DNA of 64,000 bases from an uncultured bacterium (GCA_965368975.1 CBDUPA010000014.1:130195-194194); one strand, 5' to 3'. Counted from the first letter of the stretch, positions 18,801-27,630 are shown. Made by a program: numbers and translations. Notes: generated from the sequence alone by a model not told the origin.

Positions 18801-19671
18801 AGAACGGCCGCACGTCGCCGCTCATCGACAGCGCCGGTGTCTTGCTGAAGCACATCTGCATAAAGATGTCCGAGAAGGTGTCGACACCACCGGTGATCAC
18901 CAGCTTGGAGTGCCCCAGATAGAGCTCGTGCACCGCCATCGACAGCGCCGAAAAGGCCGACGCGCACGCGGCGTCGGTGACGCTGTTGGTACCGCCGAGG
19001 TCAAAGCGGTTGGCGATGCGGCCGGCGACAACGTTGCCGAGCAGCCCCGGGAAGGTGCTCTCCTGCCACGGCACGTAGTGCTCGGCAATGCGCTCGCAGG
19101 CCTCCTGCACGCGGCTCTCCGGCAGCCCCATCTCGCGCAGCGCCTTGACCCAGATCGGCCGCTGCAGCCGTCCGGCCATCTCGCCGAGCAGCTCCTGCGC
19201 CGAGGTGACGCCAAGGATGATCGACACGTCGCGCTTGTCGAGGGCGTCGAACTGGCCCTGCGTCGCGTCGTCGAGCACTTGGCGGGCGACGATCAGCGCC
19301 AGCAGCTGTGAAGTGTCGGTCGCCGGCACGATCGACGGTGGGATGCCGAAGGCGACCGGGTCAAAATCAACGTCGTCGAGGAAGGAGCCGCGGCGCGCAT
19401 ACGTCTTGTCCGGCGCCTTGGGATCGGGATCGTAGTAGTCCTCGGGCAGCCAGTGGCTGGGCGGCACGTCGGTGATCAGGTCGCGCCCAGCCAGGATGTC
19501 GCGCCAGAAACCGCCGGCATCCGCAGAGCCGGCGAACAGCGTGCTCACCCCGACCACCGCGACCGGCATCGACGCTCCCGCCAGCACCGCGCTCTCGCGC
19601 ACTGCCGTCTCGGGCCCCTGGTTTGCGGGCCTGCGGGTGTCGGGCTTGGTGTCGGGCATCTTGGGAGTCAT
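12874..19671 (-). CDS. pfaA: PUFA-synthase-like subunit PfaA/Pfa2: KS-MAT-ACP-ACP-KR-DH
   Basis: KS DAACAS / EAHGTGT / VGHTK; MAT GHSFGE and AFHS; two ACPs with LGIDSIKRVEI; KR SGGARGVT...GQADYAMAN; DH with DH.LDG..VLP. Confidence 0.9.
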   Translation of the reverse strand: MTPKMPDTKPDTRRPANQGPETAVRESAVLAGASMPVAVVGVSTLFAGSADAGGFWRDILAGRDLITDVPPSHWLPEDYYDPDPKAPDKTYARRGSFLDDVDFDPVAFGIPPSIVPATDTSQLLALIVARQVLDDATQGQFDALDKRDVSIILGVTSAQELLGEMAGRLQRPIWVKALREMGLPESRVQEACERIAEHYVPWQESTFPGLLGNVVAGRIANRFDLGGTNSVTDAACASAFSALSMAVHELYLGHSKLVITGGVDTFSDIFMQMCFSKTPALSMSGDVRPFSDRADGTLLGEGLGMVALKRLEDAERDGDRIYAVLRGIGSSSDGRAKSVYAPLPEGQARAVRRAYERAGYGPETVELVEAHGTGTKAGDAAEVAGLKLVFGEAADATATAGTLAPWCALGSVKSQVGHTKAAAGAAGLFKVIMALHHKVLPGGIKIDRPNPKLELDASPFYLNVAGSSSTTESPRPWIRGGDHPRRAGVSAFGFGGSNFHLTLEEYRGAHAAPRFRPVGTELLLLSAEDVPSLARRCRRLAQEARRAVADPVVGDLAAGQSWLAWLAHSTQIAAAGDAAWSRHQRLAVVTTDAAELADKLERAAGRLEGGDRPEHGVFGGGVYGSDASSATDGAVDELAFLFPGQGSQRLHMGAELAANFDGAREVWDLAADVQPELSRVVFPPPTFPLPTGEDPQRAAQEARLTETHWAQPALGAASLAQLALLRRLGLEPDCVAGHSFGEVTALAAAGVLDAASALRVARRRGELMTEAAARATNGAGAAAGGEPGAMLAVAASPEDLRPLLEAPEFIELSIANHNAPRQVVLSGPESAIDSIAGRLKEDGLKVKKLDVHTAFHSPHVSSSSRPFADFLSRVEMQPPRLPVIANADAQPYPQAADAVRTRLAEQLSRPVLFVEQVEALYARGVRTFVEVGPGSVLTQLVRKCLGERPHLAVSLERKSNGGLAGLWHALGRLAASGRRLDFAALWQGFRVPEDPHQRPRPKMTLSIRGSNYGRPYPPPGGAAELPGPNPEEQPAISPVQPAVQPAVSLEAPVLPAGPAATATRGPESESNSMSEIPTKPATAPAGPAAAPSAAAGSDWMRVYQEAQRQMVETHSAFQRTMADTQMAFLRTAEASFQNLTTMLSGQPASSQLATPQLAVSQPAVVSQPAAPQPGAPAQVPGATSPSVQPTLPSEPPAPEPVAAPVSQPRVASSVDVGALVLDVVAEKTGYPAEMLSAEMDLEADLGIDSIKRVEILSALRERAPELPELEAAELGALHTLGQITERLGAPTATEESPVAATPAHTIGARSTAAPDLEPLVLDVVAEKTGYPAEMLSAEMDLEADLGIDSIKRVEILSALRERAPELPELEAAELGALHTLGQIVDRLGGAPAGTGAVAQQQAALPEITPALPATQEIEAAPSRPVEPPAREAAPLGRFVPRLQERPAVGVAPAGLAAGLIAILDAGSGIGDALAAELAEQGLDVVVSEHVPASAASLIFLGGLVDPTDSADSDRVAYAAFEAARAFARQRQDAAGDDRQEAEGVFVTVQDTGGSFLLDAEAAESSRSVGLSGAWLAGLSGLAKTAAQEWPGVAVKVIDLQRGGRSAAAVARVLADELLAGGAHTEVALSADGCRRVVVSAAEALPQTAGTDALPPLNGNDVLVVSGGARGVTAACVLELARRAPGLRLALLGRTPLAEEPAAAAAVAATGPEAETALKRALLDDARNRGETPTPAELGRAVSRLLAGREVRATLAALEATGARPRYLAVDVQDALAVGAALAELRRDWGPITGVVHAAGVLADKFIADKTPEQVARVYGTKVGGLRTLLDATAGDPLRLLCLFSSVAGRCGNRGQADYAMANEVLNKVAHAEAARRSHNSTDGPACRVLAVGWGPWQGGMVTAELSARFAEQGVPLIPLDEGARRLADELTRGTDVEVVIGGEPRLAPLVGAESPRRWSLDVWLSARRHDYLSDHRLDGTAVLPVAVVLHWFRHLAEACCPSLVLAACQDLQVLRGVRLDDYDGGRGERLRLAARLISNGPESRLALELTDAAGHARYRATAEMAPRPPHYPAAPPAPAGLEPWDREPFYDGDVLFHGPAFQVLQQLDGVATEGHDGLGLAARLTTGAELGWYPSARAGADPGTLDGALQLAVLAFERKLGGASLPTAVDTWRLYGELPVAGPLRAVVHARQLGNDHLRCDVFLSTETGELAVELRGVSIHRRPDVAASSTPDSGDRDERRSTAEGSGEGTGSPLAALAASASSQ
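15523..16019. repeat. Two near-identical ACP-coding repeats, 300 bp apart
   Basis: 15523-15719 and 15823-16019 differ at only a few, mostly synonymous, positions. Confidence 0.9.
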
Positions 19672-19696
19672 TCTCAGCTAGTCAGTTCGAGCCGGC

Positions 19697-21373
19697 TCAC
19701 CCGAGTGGGCGGGGCGCAAAGCGGAAAGCGCCCGGAGGTACCGGTACGCCGTAGGTTCGGAATTGTTGTGCACGCGTGACCACCGCCGCGCCCTCGAGCA
19801 GGTTACGGGCGATCTGGACGACAGTGCGGGCTTCCGGATCTTCCAGGAACGAGCCTCGCACCCAATCGTTGAAAGCGCCCATGGCGGGGCCACACCAGAT
19901 CTGAAAATCAAGTTCGCGACCGGCCTGCCCTTGGATGGCCCAAGCGCTCGAAAGTCCGAGGTACCAGCGAAAGACCAACGCCATCCGGTGCTTGGCATCA
20001 CCGCGGGCACGCTCGGCCTGGGCCGGGTCGCGTTCGGCGAAGAAGCGTTCGGTGGCAGCCCAGACGTCGTCCAGACTCTGTTGGAAGATTTCGCTTTCGA
20101 GACGCTGGCGTACCGCCGCCGGCAGCGCGTCGAGAGACGGATACTGCCGGTACAGTTCGTACAGGCGGGCGGCGCGGCCTGCAAACATACTACCGCGTTT
20201 CAGAACCTGAACGCGGATCCCCTGCTCGAACATGTCCGCCGCCGGGGCCATGACGACGTCCGCCAGCGACGCTTGCGCCAGCATGCGGCGACCCGCCGGT
20301 GACAGCCCGGACTCGCGCGCCGACTGGTTGACCGAGCCGGTGAGCACGTAGGCCGCGCCGAGTCCGAAGGCGGCTGCCACCGCTGACGGTGTGCCCAGCC
20401 CCCCGGCCGCACCGACGCGAATCGGTCGCGTGTAGCCGTGGCGCGCGCTCAGTTCGTCGCGCAGCGCATGGATAATCGGGAACAGCGCGGTCAAGCTCTG
20501 GTTGTCGGTGTGCCCGCCCGAATCGGCCTCCACCGTCACGTCTTCGGCCACCGGCAGACGCGCCGCCAGCTCCGCCTCGCGCGCCGAAAGCTGCCCCGCC
20601 TCGACCAACGCCGATAGCATCTCCGCCGGCGCCGGCGAGAGAAACCGCCGCGCCACCTCGGGCCGCGAAATCTTGGCGAACACGTGGTTGCGCCGGTGCA
20701 GCCGTCCCGCCGCGTCGACGTCCAGCCCACTGGCCGCGTAGCGCACCAGTGCCGGCGTCAAGGCCATGTAGGCCGACGCCGAGACGCGTCGCACACCGCG
20801 CCGCAAGTAGAGGTCGACCACCGCTCGCTCCAGCTCCGGCTCGTTGGGCGAGTGGATGAGGTTGGAGCCCCAAGGCAAGACCGCGTGGCCATTGCCGCCA
20901 CTCTCATGGCGCGCGGATCCCAAAGCCGCCTCGATCTCCTCCAGCGCCGCTTCCACCCGCGCAGGACCCAGTCCGGCGGCACCGAAGAATCCGAGCATGC
21001 CGGCACGCGCCATGGCGATCACCAGCTCCGCCGTCGCAATGCCGTTGGCCATCGCTCCCGCGACGTACGGGAAACGCACCTGGTGCGCCTCCAGGAACGA
21101 CCGATCACCCAGCCATTCCGGGTAGAGCGCCGGCAAGGTCGCCAACCAGGGGCGCACGTCCCGGGCGCCGTTGACCTGCCCCCCTGGCGTCACGATGCCC
21201 CCCAAGGCCACGCCGACCCGACCGGCGACCGCTTCGCGCACCACGTGCGCGGGCTCGCGCACCCGCTCCGTCGCGGCGGTCAAACCCGTCGCGTCGAAAG
21301 CCGGTGCGTCGGCAGCCAGCGTCGAGGGCCCCGGTGCCCAGGCACCTACAGCGATCAATTCAGAAGACGGCAT
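19697..21373 (-). CDS. pfaD: PfaD/Pfa1 trans-acting enoyl reductase (FMN-dependent)
   Basis: Motifs 'YVAGAMANGIA', 'NLIHSPNEP', 'EADSGGHTDN', 'VGAAGGLGTP', 'MAPAADMFE.G..VQVLKRG' and 'QIWCGPAMGAFNDW'. Start placed at MPSSEL (21373); the ORF is open to 21478. Confidence 0.92.
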   Translation of the reverse strand: MPSSELIAVGAWAPGPSTLAADAPAFDATGLTAATERVREPAHVVREAVAGRVGVALGGIVTPGGQVNGARDVRPWLATLPALYPEWLGDRSFLEAHQVRFPYVAGAMANGIATAELVIAMARAGMLGFFGAAGLGPARVEAALEEIEAALGSARHESGGNGHAVLPWGSNLIHSPNEPELERAVVDLYLRRGVRRVSASAYMALTPALVRYAASGLDVDAAGRLHRRNHVFAKISRPEVARRFLSPAPAEMLSALVEAGQLSAREAELAARLPVAEDVTVEADSGGHTDNQSLTALFPIIHALRDELSARHGYTRPIRVGAAGGLGTPSAVAAAFGLGAAYVLTGSVNQSARESGLSPAGRRMLAQASLADVVMAPAADMFEQGIRVQVLKRGSMFAGRAARLYELYRQYPSLDALPAAVRQRLESEIFQQSLDDVWAATERFFAERDPAQAERARGDAKHRMALVFRWYLGLSSAWAIQGQAGRELDFQIWCGPAMGAFNDWVRGSFLEDPEARTVVQIARNLLEGAAVVTRAQQFRTYGVPVPPGAFRFAPRPLG

Positions 21374-21430
21374 GGTGGTCAATTCGAGATTGTGTGCAGA
21401 GACAGAAGTACCGGCGCGGGCGCGCCGGCT

Positions 21431-21450
21431 GCCACTGACCGGTGAGTGGC
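21431..21450. promoter_or_regulatory. Near-perfect 20-bp palindrome, possible operator in the divergent pfaD / crotonase region
   Basis: GCCACTGACCGGTGAGTGGC, with one mismatched pair. Confidence 0.3.
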
Positions 21451-21717
21451 CCTTGTTACTATCTCGCAGGTACTGCAAGGGCTGTGTCAGAAATCCGTCA
21501 GACTTGCTCTTGTGGGAGAGTCAGCCCACAGTGGTGAGCCGCTACAGCAGCTCGAGTGCGGTTGCCGCACCCCCGGCCCCATGTCACAATAGCGGCGACC
21601 GCCCGCTCTGGACGGCACTTTCCTGGTGGCGCTCCACCTGCCACCAGCAAAACAAGCAAGCACACGCATCGCGCAATCCAACAATATCTGACGACCACCC
21701 GACGGGAGGAGTCTTCT

Positions 21718-22521
21718 ATGTCCCAGGAAACCAAGACGCTGGTTCACTACGACGTACGCGACGGCGTCGCCTACCTGACGCTCGACGACGCGCCGGCCAA
21801 CACCTACACCCACCAGATGATGCGCCAGCTCGACGAGGCCATTCTGAAAGCGCGCTTCGACGCCGATGTGCACGTCATCGTGATGACCGGCATGGGCCAG
21901 AAGTTCTTCTGCGCCGGCGCCGACATCAACATGCTGCAGACCTCCGACCCGACCTTCAAGTACTTCTTCTGCCTGCACGCCAACGAGACCCTCAACCGTC
22001 TCGAGCAAACGCCGAAGCTGGTGATCGCGGCGCTCAACGGACACACCGTCGGTGGTGGTCTGGAGATCGCGATGGCGGCGGACATCCGCATTGCGCGCAA
22101 GGGCGCGGGCAAGGTCGGCCTGCCGGAGATCAACCTGGGTGTGCTGCCGGGCACCGGTGGCACTCAGCGGCTCTCGCGCGTGGTCGGCAAGAGCAAGTCG
22201 ATCGAGCTGATGGTGACCGGCGAGACCTTCGGCTTCGAGCAGGCGCAGGAGTACGGCCTGGTCAACCAGATCTTCGACTGCGACGGCGACGCCTTCGCGG
22301 AGCAGATCCACGCTTACGCGACGCAGTTCTGCCCGCCGAACAAGGCCGCCAAGGCTGCCGGTCGTATCAAGCGCTCGGTGCAGTCCGGCTGGGAGATCCC
22401 GTTCGAAAGCGCCCTGGCGATCGAGCGCGAGCTGCAGCAGCAGCTGTTCCAGAGCGACGACGCCCGCGAGGGTCTCGACGCCTACGTCAACAAGCGCAAG
22501 CCGGCCTTCAAGGCCTGCTGA
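21718..22521 (+). CDS. Enoyl-CoA hydratase/isomerase family protein
   Basis: GGAGGAG RBS before the ATG at 21718; FCAGADI, GHTVGGGLE and GLPEINLGVLPGTGGTQRL motifs. Confidence 0.9.
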   Translation: MSQETKTLVHYDVRDGVAYLTLDDAPANTYTHQMMRQLDEAILKARFDADVHVIVMTGMGQKFFCAGADINMLQTSDPTFKYFFCLHANETLNRLEQTPKLVIAALNGHTVGGGLEIAMAADIRIARKGAGKVGLPEINLGVLPGTGGTQRLSRVVGKSKSIELMVTGETFGFEQAQEYGLVNQIFDCDGDAFAEQIHAYATQFCPPNKAAKAAGRIKRSVQSGWEIPFESALAIERELQQQLFQSDDAREGLDAYVNKRKPAFKAC

Positions 22522-22548
22522 GCGAGACCGAGGAAGGACGGGACGCCC

Positions 22549-23736
22549 ATGGAGCGCGCACCCCTGTTGTTGACGGCACCGGTGCGCACTCCGATCGGCA
22601 AGTTCGGCGGTGCACTGGCGCCGCTGTCCGCCGCTGATCTGGGCACCGCCGCTGCCGAGGCGTGCCTGGCGCGCGCCGGCTGCCCGCCCGAGGCCGTCGA
22701 TCAGGTGATCTTCGGTCATGGGCGCCAGGCCGGCGGGGGCCCCAACGTGGCGCGCCAGGTGGCCTTCCGCGCCGGAGTGCCGGTGGAGCGCCCCGCCTTC
22801 ACGGTCAATCAAGCCTGCGCCTCCGGGCTGCAGGCCGTCTTCGCCGCCGCTCGCGCGCTACTGCTGGGTGAAGCCCGGGTAGTGCTGGCGGGCGGCGTCG
22901 AGAGCATGTCGAACACGCCCTACATGCTGCCGCGGGCGCGCTGGGGCTACCGCCTCGGCCACGCCGAGCTGACCGACGGCATGTACCGCGACGGCTTCAA
23001 CGATCCGCTGTCCGAGCTGATCATGGGCGAGACCGCCGAGGAGCTGGCCGAAGAGGCCGGCGTCGATCGCGCGGCCGCCGATGCCTGGGCGGCGACGTCG
23101 CAGCAGCGCTGCCAGGCAGCGCGCGAGCGGGGTCGCTTTGTCCGCGAGATCGCACCGGTGACCGTCCAGGGACGCCGCGGTGACAGCCTCGTCGAGACCG
23201 ACGAGCACCCGCGCGACGACATCACCGCCGAAGGTCTGGCCCGGCTCGCGCCCGTGTTCCGCGACGGCGGCACGGTCACCGCGGGCAATGCTTCCGGTAT
23301 CACTGATGGCGCCGCCGCAGTCCTCCTGACCACCTCCGACGCGGCCGCCGAACTCGGCCTCGAGCCCGCCGGCCGCCTCGTCGACTGGCAAGTGGTGGGC
23401 GTCGAGCCGCGCGTCATGGGCATCGGTCCAGTGCCGGCGGTGGCACAGCTGCTGGAACGCCAGCGTGTCGACTTCGACGACATCGACCAGATCGAGCTCA
23501 ACGAAGCCTTCGCCAGCCAGGTGCTGGCCTGCGTCCAGAAGTGGCCGATCGGGCGCGAGCGCGTCAACCCCGATGGCGGCGCCATCGCCCTCGGCCATCC
23601 GATCGGCTGCACCGGCACACGCATCCTGGTCACGCTGCTCCACGGCTTGGCGGAGCACGGAGGCACCACGGGCATCGCGACTCTGTGCGTCTCGGGCGGC
23701 ATGGGCGCGGCGGCCCTGGTCGAAGCAATCGACTGA
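22549..23736 (+). CDS. Acetyl-CoA C-acyltransferase (thiolase)
   Basis: NQACASG (catalytic Cys), NEAFA, GHPIG and LCVSGGMG. Confidence 0.93.
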   Translation: MERAPLLLTAPVRTPIGKFGGALAPLSAADLGTAAAEACLARAGCPPEAVDQVIFGHGRQAGGGPNVARQVAFRAGVPVERPAFTVNQACASGLQAVFAAARALLLGEARVVLAGGVESMSNTPYMLPRARWGYRLGHAELTDGMYRDGFNDPLSELIMGETAEELAEEAGVDRAAADAWAATSQQRCQAARERGRFVREIAPVTVQGRRGDSLVETDEHPRDDITAEGLARLAPVFRDGGTVTAGNASGITDGAAAVLLTTSDAAAELGLEPAGRLVDWQVVGVEPRVMGIGPVPAVAQLLERQRVDFDDIDQIELNEAFASQVLACVQKWPIGRERVNPDGGAIALGHPIGCTGTRILVTLLHGLAEHGGTTGIATLCVSGGMGAAALVEAID

Positions 23737-23775
23737 AGCAGACGGACTCTCAACCCACTCCGATCAGGAGGCGTC

Positions 23776-24534
23776 ATGCCCGTCACCTTGCAGCGTACCG
23801 GCCGCGTCGCCACCGTGGTGCTCGACAAGGCACCGCTCAACATTCTCGACCTCGACCTGATCGACCGCCTGGACCAGGTGCTAGCGGCTCTGAGCTACGA
23901 GGACGATCTCCAGCTGGTGGTGCTGCGCGGCGCCGGCAAGGGCTTCTCGGCTGGCGTTTCGGTGCAGGATCACAGCGCCGACAAGGTCGACGACATGCTC
24001 GACGGCTTCCACGGTGCGGTGCGCAAGCTGCGCAGCCTGCCTGCCGTCACGCTCGCGGCGGTCCACGGTGCCTGCCTGGGTGGCGGCTGCGAGCTGGCGA
24101 CGGCCTGTGACCTGGTACTCGCCACCGACGAGACCCGCTTCGGCCTGCCCGAGATCCGTCTCGGTTGCTTCCCGCCGGTCGCCGCCACCCTCTACCCGCG
24201 TCGCCTCGGCCCCGGACGCACGCTCGACCTGCTGCTCACCGGCCGCGAGTTCAGCGCCAGCGAGGCCGAAGAGCTGGGCCTGGTGACCTGGCGCTGTGCC
24301 GCCACCGATCTGGACCTGCGCCTGCAAGAGAAGATCGCCGAACTGACCACCTTCTCCGCCCCGGTCAGCCGCCTGATCAAGCAAGCGGTGCGCGCCGGCA
24401 TGAGTCGACCGTTCGACGAGGCGCTGGTGGAAGCCGAGGAACTCTACCGCCGCAAGCTGGTGCCCCTCGACGACATGCGCGAAGGGCTCGACGCCTTCCT
24501 GGAAAAGCGCGAGCCCGAGTGGACGCACCGCTGA
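23776..24534 (+). CDS. Enoyl-CoA hydratase family (dienoyl-CoA hydratase-like)
   Basis: FSAGVSVQDH, GACLGGGCEL and PEIRLGCFPP. Confidence 0.85.
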   Translation: MPVTLQRTGRVATVVLDKAPLNILDLDLIDRLDQVLAALSYEDDLQLVVLRGAGKGFSAGVSVQDHSADKVDDMLDGFHGAVRKLRSLPAVTLAAVHGACLGGGCELATACDLVLATDETRFGLPEIRLGCFPPVAATLYPRRLGPGRTLDLLLTGREFSASEAEELGLVTWRCAATDLDLRLQEKIAELTTFSAPVSRLIKQAVRAGMSRPFDEALVEAEELYRRKLVPLDDMREGLDAFLEKREPEWTHR

Positions 24535-24556
24535 GTTGACGTCGCGATGGCTCCAT

Positions 24557-26941
24557 TCAGGGAGGAAAGATCCCAGACCAGCGCGACAGATCTCCACTCT
24601 CGAAACCATCCGTGAAGATCAGGTTCGGGCAGGCGTAGCGGGCCATGAAGTAGGACGACACTGCGCCGGTGATGGTGAACTCACCGCCAGCGTACAGGGA
24701 CGGGCCGGTGCCGTCGTCGAAGGTGCCGAGGGCCCACACGAGGGCATTCATGCCGGTCTGCACGTCGCTCCAGCCGCTGCCATCCCAGGCCGCGACGGCC
24801 TGCGCGGGTTCGGCGGTCCCCGAGGCGCCACCGACGGAGTTGAAGTCACCACCGGCGATGAGCATCGAGCCGGAGCCGTAGTCGAAGACGGTCAGGGCGT
24901 TGACGCGCAGCGGGTCGAAGCCGTAGGGATCGGCGACATCGCCCAGCGACGACCACGATGCGCCATTCCAGGCCGCGATGTGGCTGGCGACAGCATCACC
25001 GGTAGTGAAGCGTCCGCCGACGTAGAGCTGCTCGCCACCGCCGTCGTCCCAGACCTGCAAGGCGCGCACGGCGGCCTGGCTGGCGAAGTCGAGGTCGTTG
25101 GGCAGGGAGTTCCAGGACGACCCGTTCCAGCGCGCGATCAACCCGGCATTCATGCCGCCGGCCTGGGTGAAGCCGCCACCGGCGTAGAGTTCGGCGCCGT
25201 TGCCGTCGTCGTAGACCGCCAGCGCCCAGACGACGCCATTGACGCCGAGACCGACCGGCGACCAGGAGGTGCCGTCCCACTTGGCGATGCCACTGGCCGC
25301 CATACCGCCGGCCATGGAGAACCCGCCACCGACGTAGAGTGCGGGACCACCGCCATCATCGTAGACCGCCATAGCCAAGACCGACCCGTTGACGCCAGAA
25401 CCGAGCGTCGACCAGGACGTACCGTCCCAGGCTGCGATGTTGTTGGCCGCGGAGCCACCGGCGGTATTGAAGACGCCGCCGACGATCAATTCCTCACCGC
25501 CGCCGTCGTCATAGACGGTGAGCGCGTTGACCGACGTGTCTCCGCCAGCCGACGCGACGCCAACGCCGAGCGCGGTCCAGGCCGTGCCGCTCCAGCGCGC
25601 CACGTAGTTGGCGGGAACATCGCCGACGCTGGTGAACCAGCCTCCGGCGTAGAGCGCTTCGCCACCGCCGTCATCATAGGTGGCAAAGGCGAGCACCTTG
25701 TCTTCGGGGGCTTCCGCGTCGATGGGGCCGTGCAGACCGGCCCACGACGTGCCATTCCACGACGCGATCCGTCGATGACTGGCACCACCGGCGAGAGAGA
25801 AAGCGCCACCGGCGATCAAATCCGCACCGCCGCCATCGTCGAAAGAAATCATCGCCAGGACCGCATCAGTCGTTCCGGTACCCAGTGCGGACCAGGCCGT
25901 GCCATTCCACGACGCGATCCGCACCGTCGCGGCACCATCGACCATGGTGAAATCACCGCCCACGTAGAGTTCGTCACCGCCGCCGTCGTTGTAGACCGCT
26001 AGAGAGTGGACGCTCGCATTGACGCCACCGCCGGCCGTGACACCCAAAGCCGACCACGTCGTCCCATTCCACGACGCCACACGGTTCGCCGCCGTGCCAC
26101 CGGCCGCGATGAAATCACCACCAGCGTAGAGTTCGGCACCACCGCCATCGTCGTACACCGTCAGCGCTCGCACCACGTTGCCGGCACCGGTGCCAACCGT
26201 GGCCCAGGTGGTGCCGTTCCAACGCGCAATGTAGTCTGCGCTCATGCCGCCAGCGGTGGTGAACTCGCCACCGACGTAGAGCCGCGCACCGCCGCCGTCG
26301 TTGTACACCGCCAGCGAGCGCACGGGCGCGTCGACGCCGGTGCCGAGCGCGGTCCAGGTCGAACCGTCCCACCTGGCGATGTTGGAAGCTCCGCCGCCGC
26401 CGGCCATGGTGAAATCACCGCCAACATAGAGGTCTTCGCCGCCACCGTCGTCATACACCGCCAGCGCGTAGACGCGACCGTCCAGACCACTGCCGAGTGC
26501 CGTCCAGGAGGACCCGTCCCACTTGGCGACATAGTTGGCCGCGCCGCCGCCGGAACCGGAGATCTTGGTGAAGTTGCCCGCCGCATACAGCGCATCCCCG
26601 CCGCCGTCGTTGAAGACAGCCAACGCGTCGACCTGCCGGTTGAAGCCCAGGCCGACTTTGCTCCAGCCACTGCCGTCCCAGCGCGCAACGAAGTTGGCGA
26701 TCACGTCTTCGAGTAGCTTGAACTCACCCCCGGCGTAGAGCGCGTCACCGCCGCCGTCGTCGAAGACAGCCAGAGCCTTGACGTCGTCGCTCGGATACGG
26801 TCGATGGAAGCCGCTCTGCCAGGCACAGTCCGGAGACTGAGCGTACAACTGGGCGGGCACGCTCATCGCCAGCACAAGACATCCCAGTCCCAGGCCTCCT
26901 ACGAACCACGCGCTTGTCGTCAGTGAAGAGATGAGTTTCAT
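24557..26941 (-). CDS. Secreted beta-propeller repeat protein (14 repeats of about 50 aa) with C-terminal IFTDGFESGD tail
   Basis: Signal peptide followed by 14 copies of V.AL.VYDDGGG..LY.GG.F....G...(N).IA.W.G..W; GGAGG RBS. Confidence 0.85.
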   Translation of the reverse strand: MKLISSLTTSAWFVGGLGLGCLVLAMSVPAQLYAQSPDCAWQSGFHRPYPSDDVKALAVFDDGGGDALYAGGEFKLLEDVIANFVARWDGSGWSKVGLGFNRQVDALAVFNDGGGDALYAAGNFTKISGSGGGAANYVAKWDGSSWTALGSGLDGRVYALAVYDDGGGEDLYVGGDFTMAGGGGASNIARWDGSTWTALGTGVDAPVRSLAVYNDGGGARLYVGGEFTTAGGMSADYIARWNGTTWATVGTGAGNVVRALTVYDDGGGAELYAGGDFIAAGGTAANRVASWNGTTWSALGVTAGGGVNASVHSLAVYNDGGGDELYVGGDFTMVDGAATVRIASWNGTAWSALGTGTTDAVLAMISFDDGGGADLIAGGAFSLAGGASHRRIASWNGTSWAGLHGPIDAEAPEDKVLAFATYDDGGGEALYAGGWFTSVGDVPANYVARWSGTAWTALGVGVASAGGDTSVNALTVYDDGGGEELIVGGVFNTAGGSAANNIAAWDGTSWSTLGSGVNGSVLAMAVYDDGGGPALYVGGGFSMAGGMAASGIAKWDGTSWSPVGLGVNGVVWALAVYDDGNGAELYAGGGFTQAGGMNAGLIARWNGSSWNSLPNDLDFASQAAVRALQVWDDGGGEQLYVGGRFTTGDAVASHIAAWNGASWSSLGDVADPYGFDPLRVNALTVFDYGSGSMLIAGGDFNSVGGASGTAEPAQAVAAWDGSGWSDVQTGMNALVWALGTFDDGTGPSLYAGGEFTITGAVSSYFMARYACPNLIFTDGFESGDLSRWSGIFPP

Positions 26942-27055
26942 GAGTCCTCCCGGAGGTGGATTGATTCTGGATAACGAGTTCTTTCGAGTCTTCGCGGTCG
27001 TGATCTACGCGGTATCCGTCGTTCACAGTCTTTTGTAACCAGAACCCGCCTTCCG

Positions 27056-27630
27056 TTACATATCGACCTCGTCGACCAGTTCCGACCCCGACCAACGGCG
27101 CAGACTTCCGCGCTCGAAGTCGTCCGCGAAGAGCAGGGGCTCGCAGGTGTACTTGGCGAGGCTGAAGGCTTCGGCACCACCAACTTGCTGGAAAGCACCA
27201 CCCGCGAACAAACTCGGGCCGCTGCCGTCGTCGTACGATGCCAGCGTCCGAACAATTGGGAAGGGATCTGGTGAGAAGCTTCCTTGGACGTCGACCCAGG
27301 CTATGGCTGGACCGATTGCATCCCAGCGGGCGATCCCAGCGACGGGATGGCCAGCCACACTTCGAAACTCACCACCGGCATAGAGTGCCGGCCCGCCAAG
27401 AAGAATCCGCAAGCGATGAGCGAGCGTTCTCCGCTCACATTCACTTTGGCCACTTCGTAGACTTCACCGGGCAGATCCATACCACCAACCCAGCGACACG
27501 CTTCAGCGCCAGCTCTGCCGGGAATCTGAATGAGTGACAGACAAGCGATGGCGAGAGTCAGGACGCTCCAACGTAGGAAACACCGCTCTGGTATCAAAGA
27601 CGGGAAAAGGAAAACCGAGACTTGTTCCAT
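27056..27630 (-). pseudogene. Internally deleted, frameshifted paralogue of the propeller protein
   Basis: The signal peptide and first partial repeat (start 27630, GGAG RBS) are in one frame. The last two repeats and the LFADDFERG tail are in another frame, with the junction near 27395-27400. Confidence 0.7.

Noticed and set aside
24557-26941. Propeller repeats as a diversity-generating or recombination cassette
   Set aside because: The repeats diverge at DNA level, and there is no reverse transcriptase, template/variable pair or recombinase.
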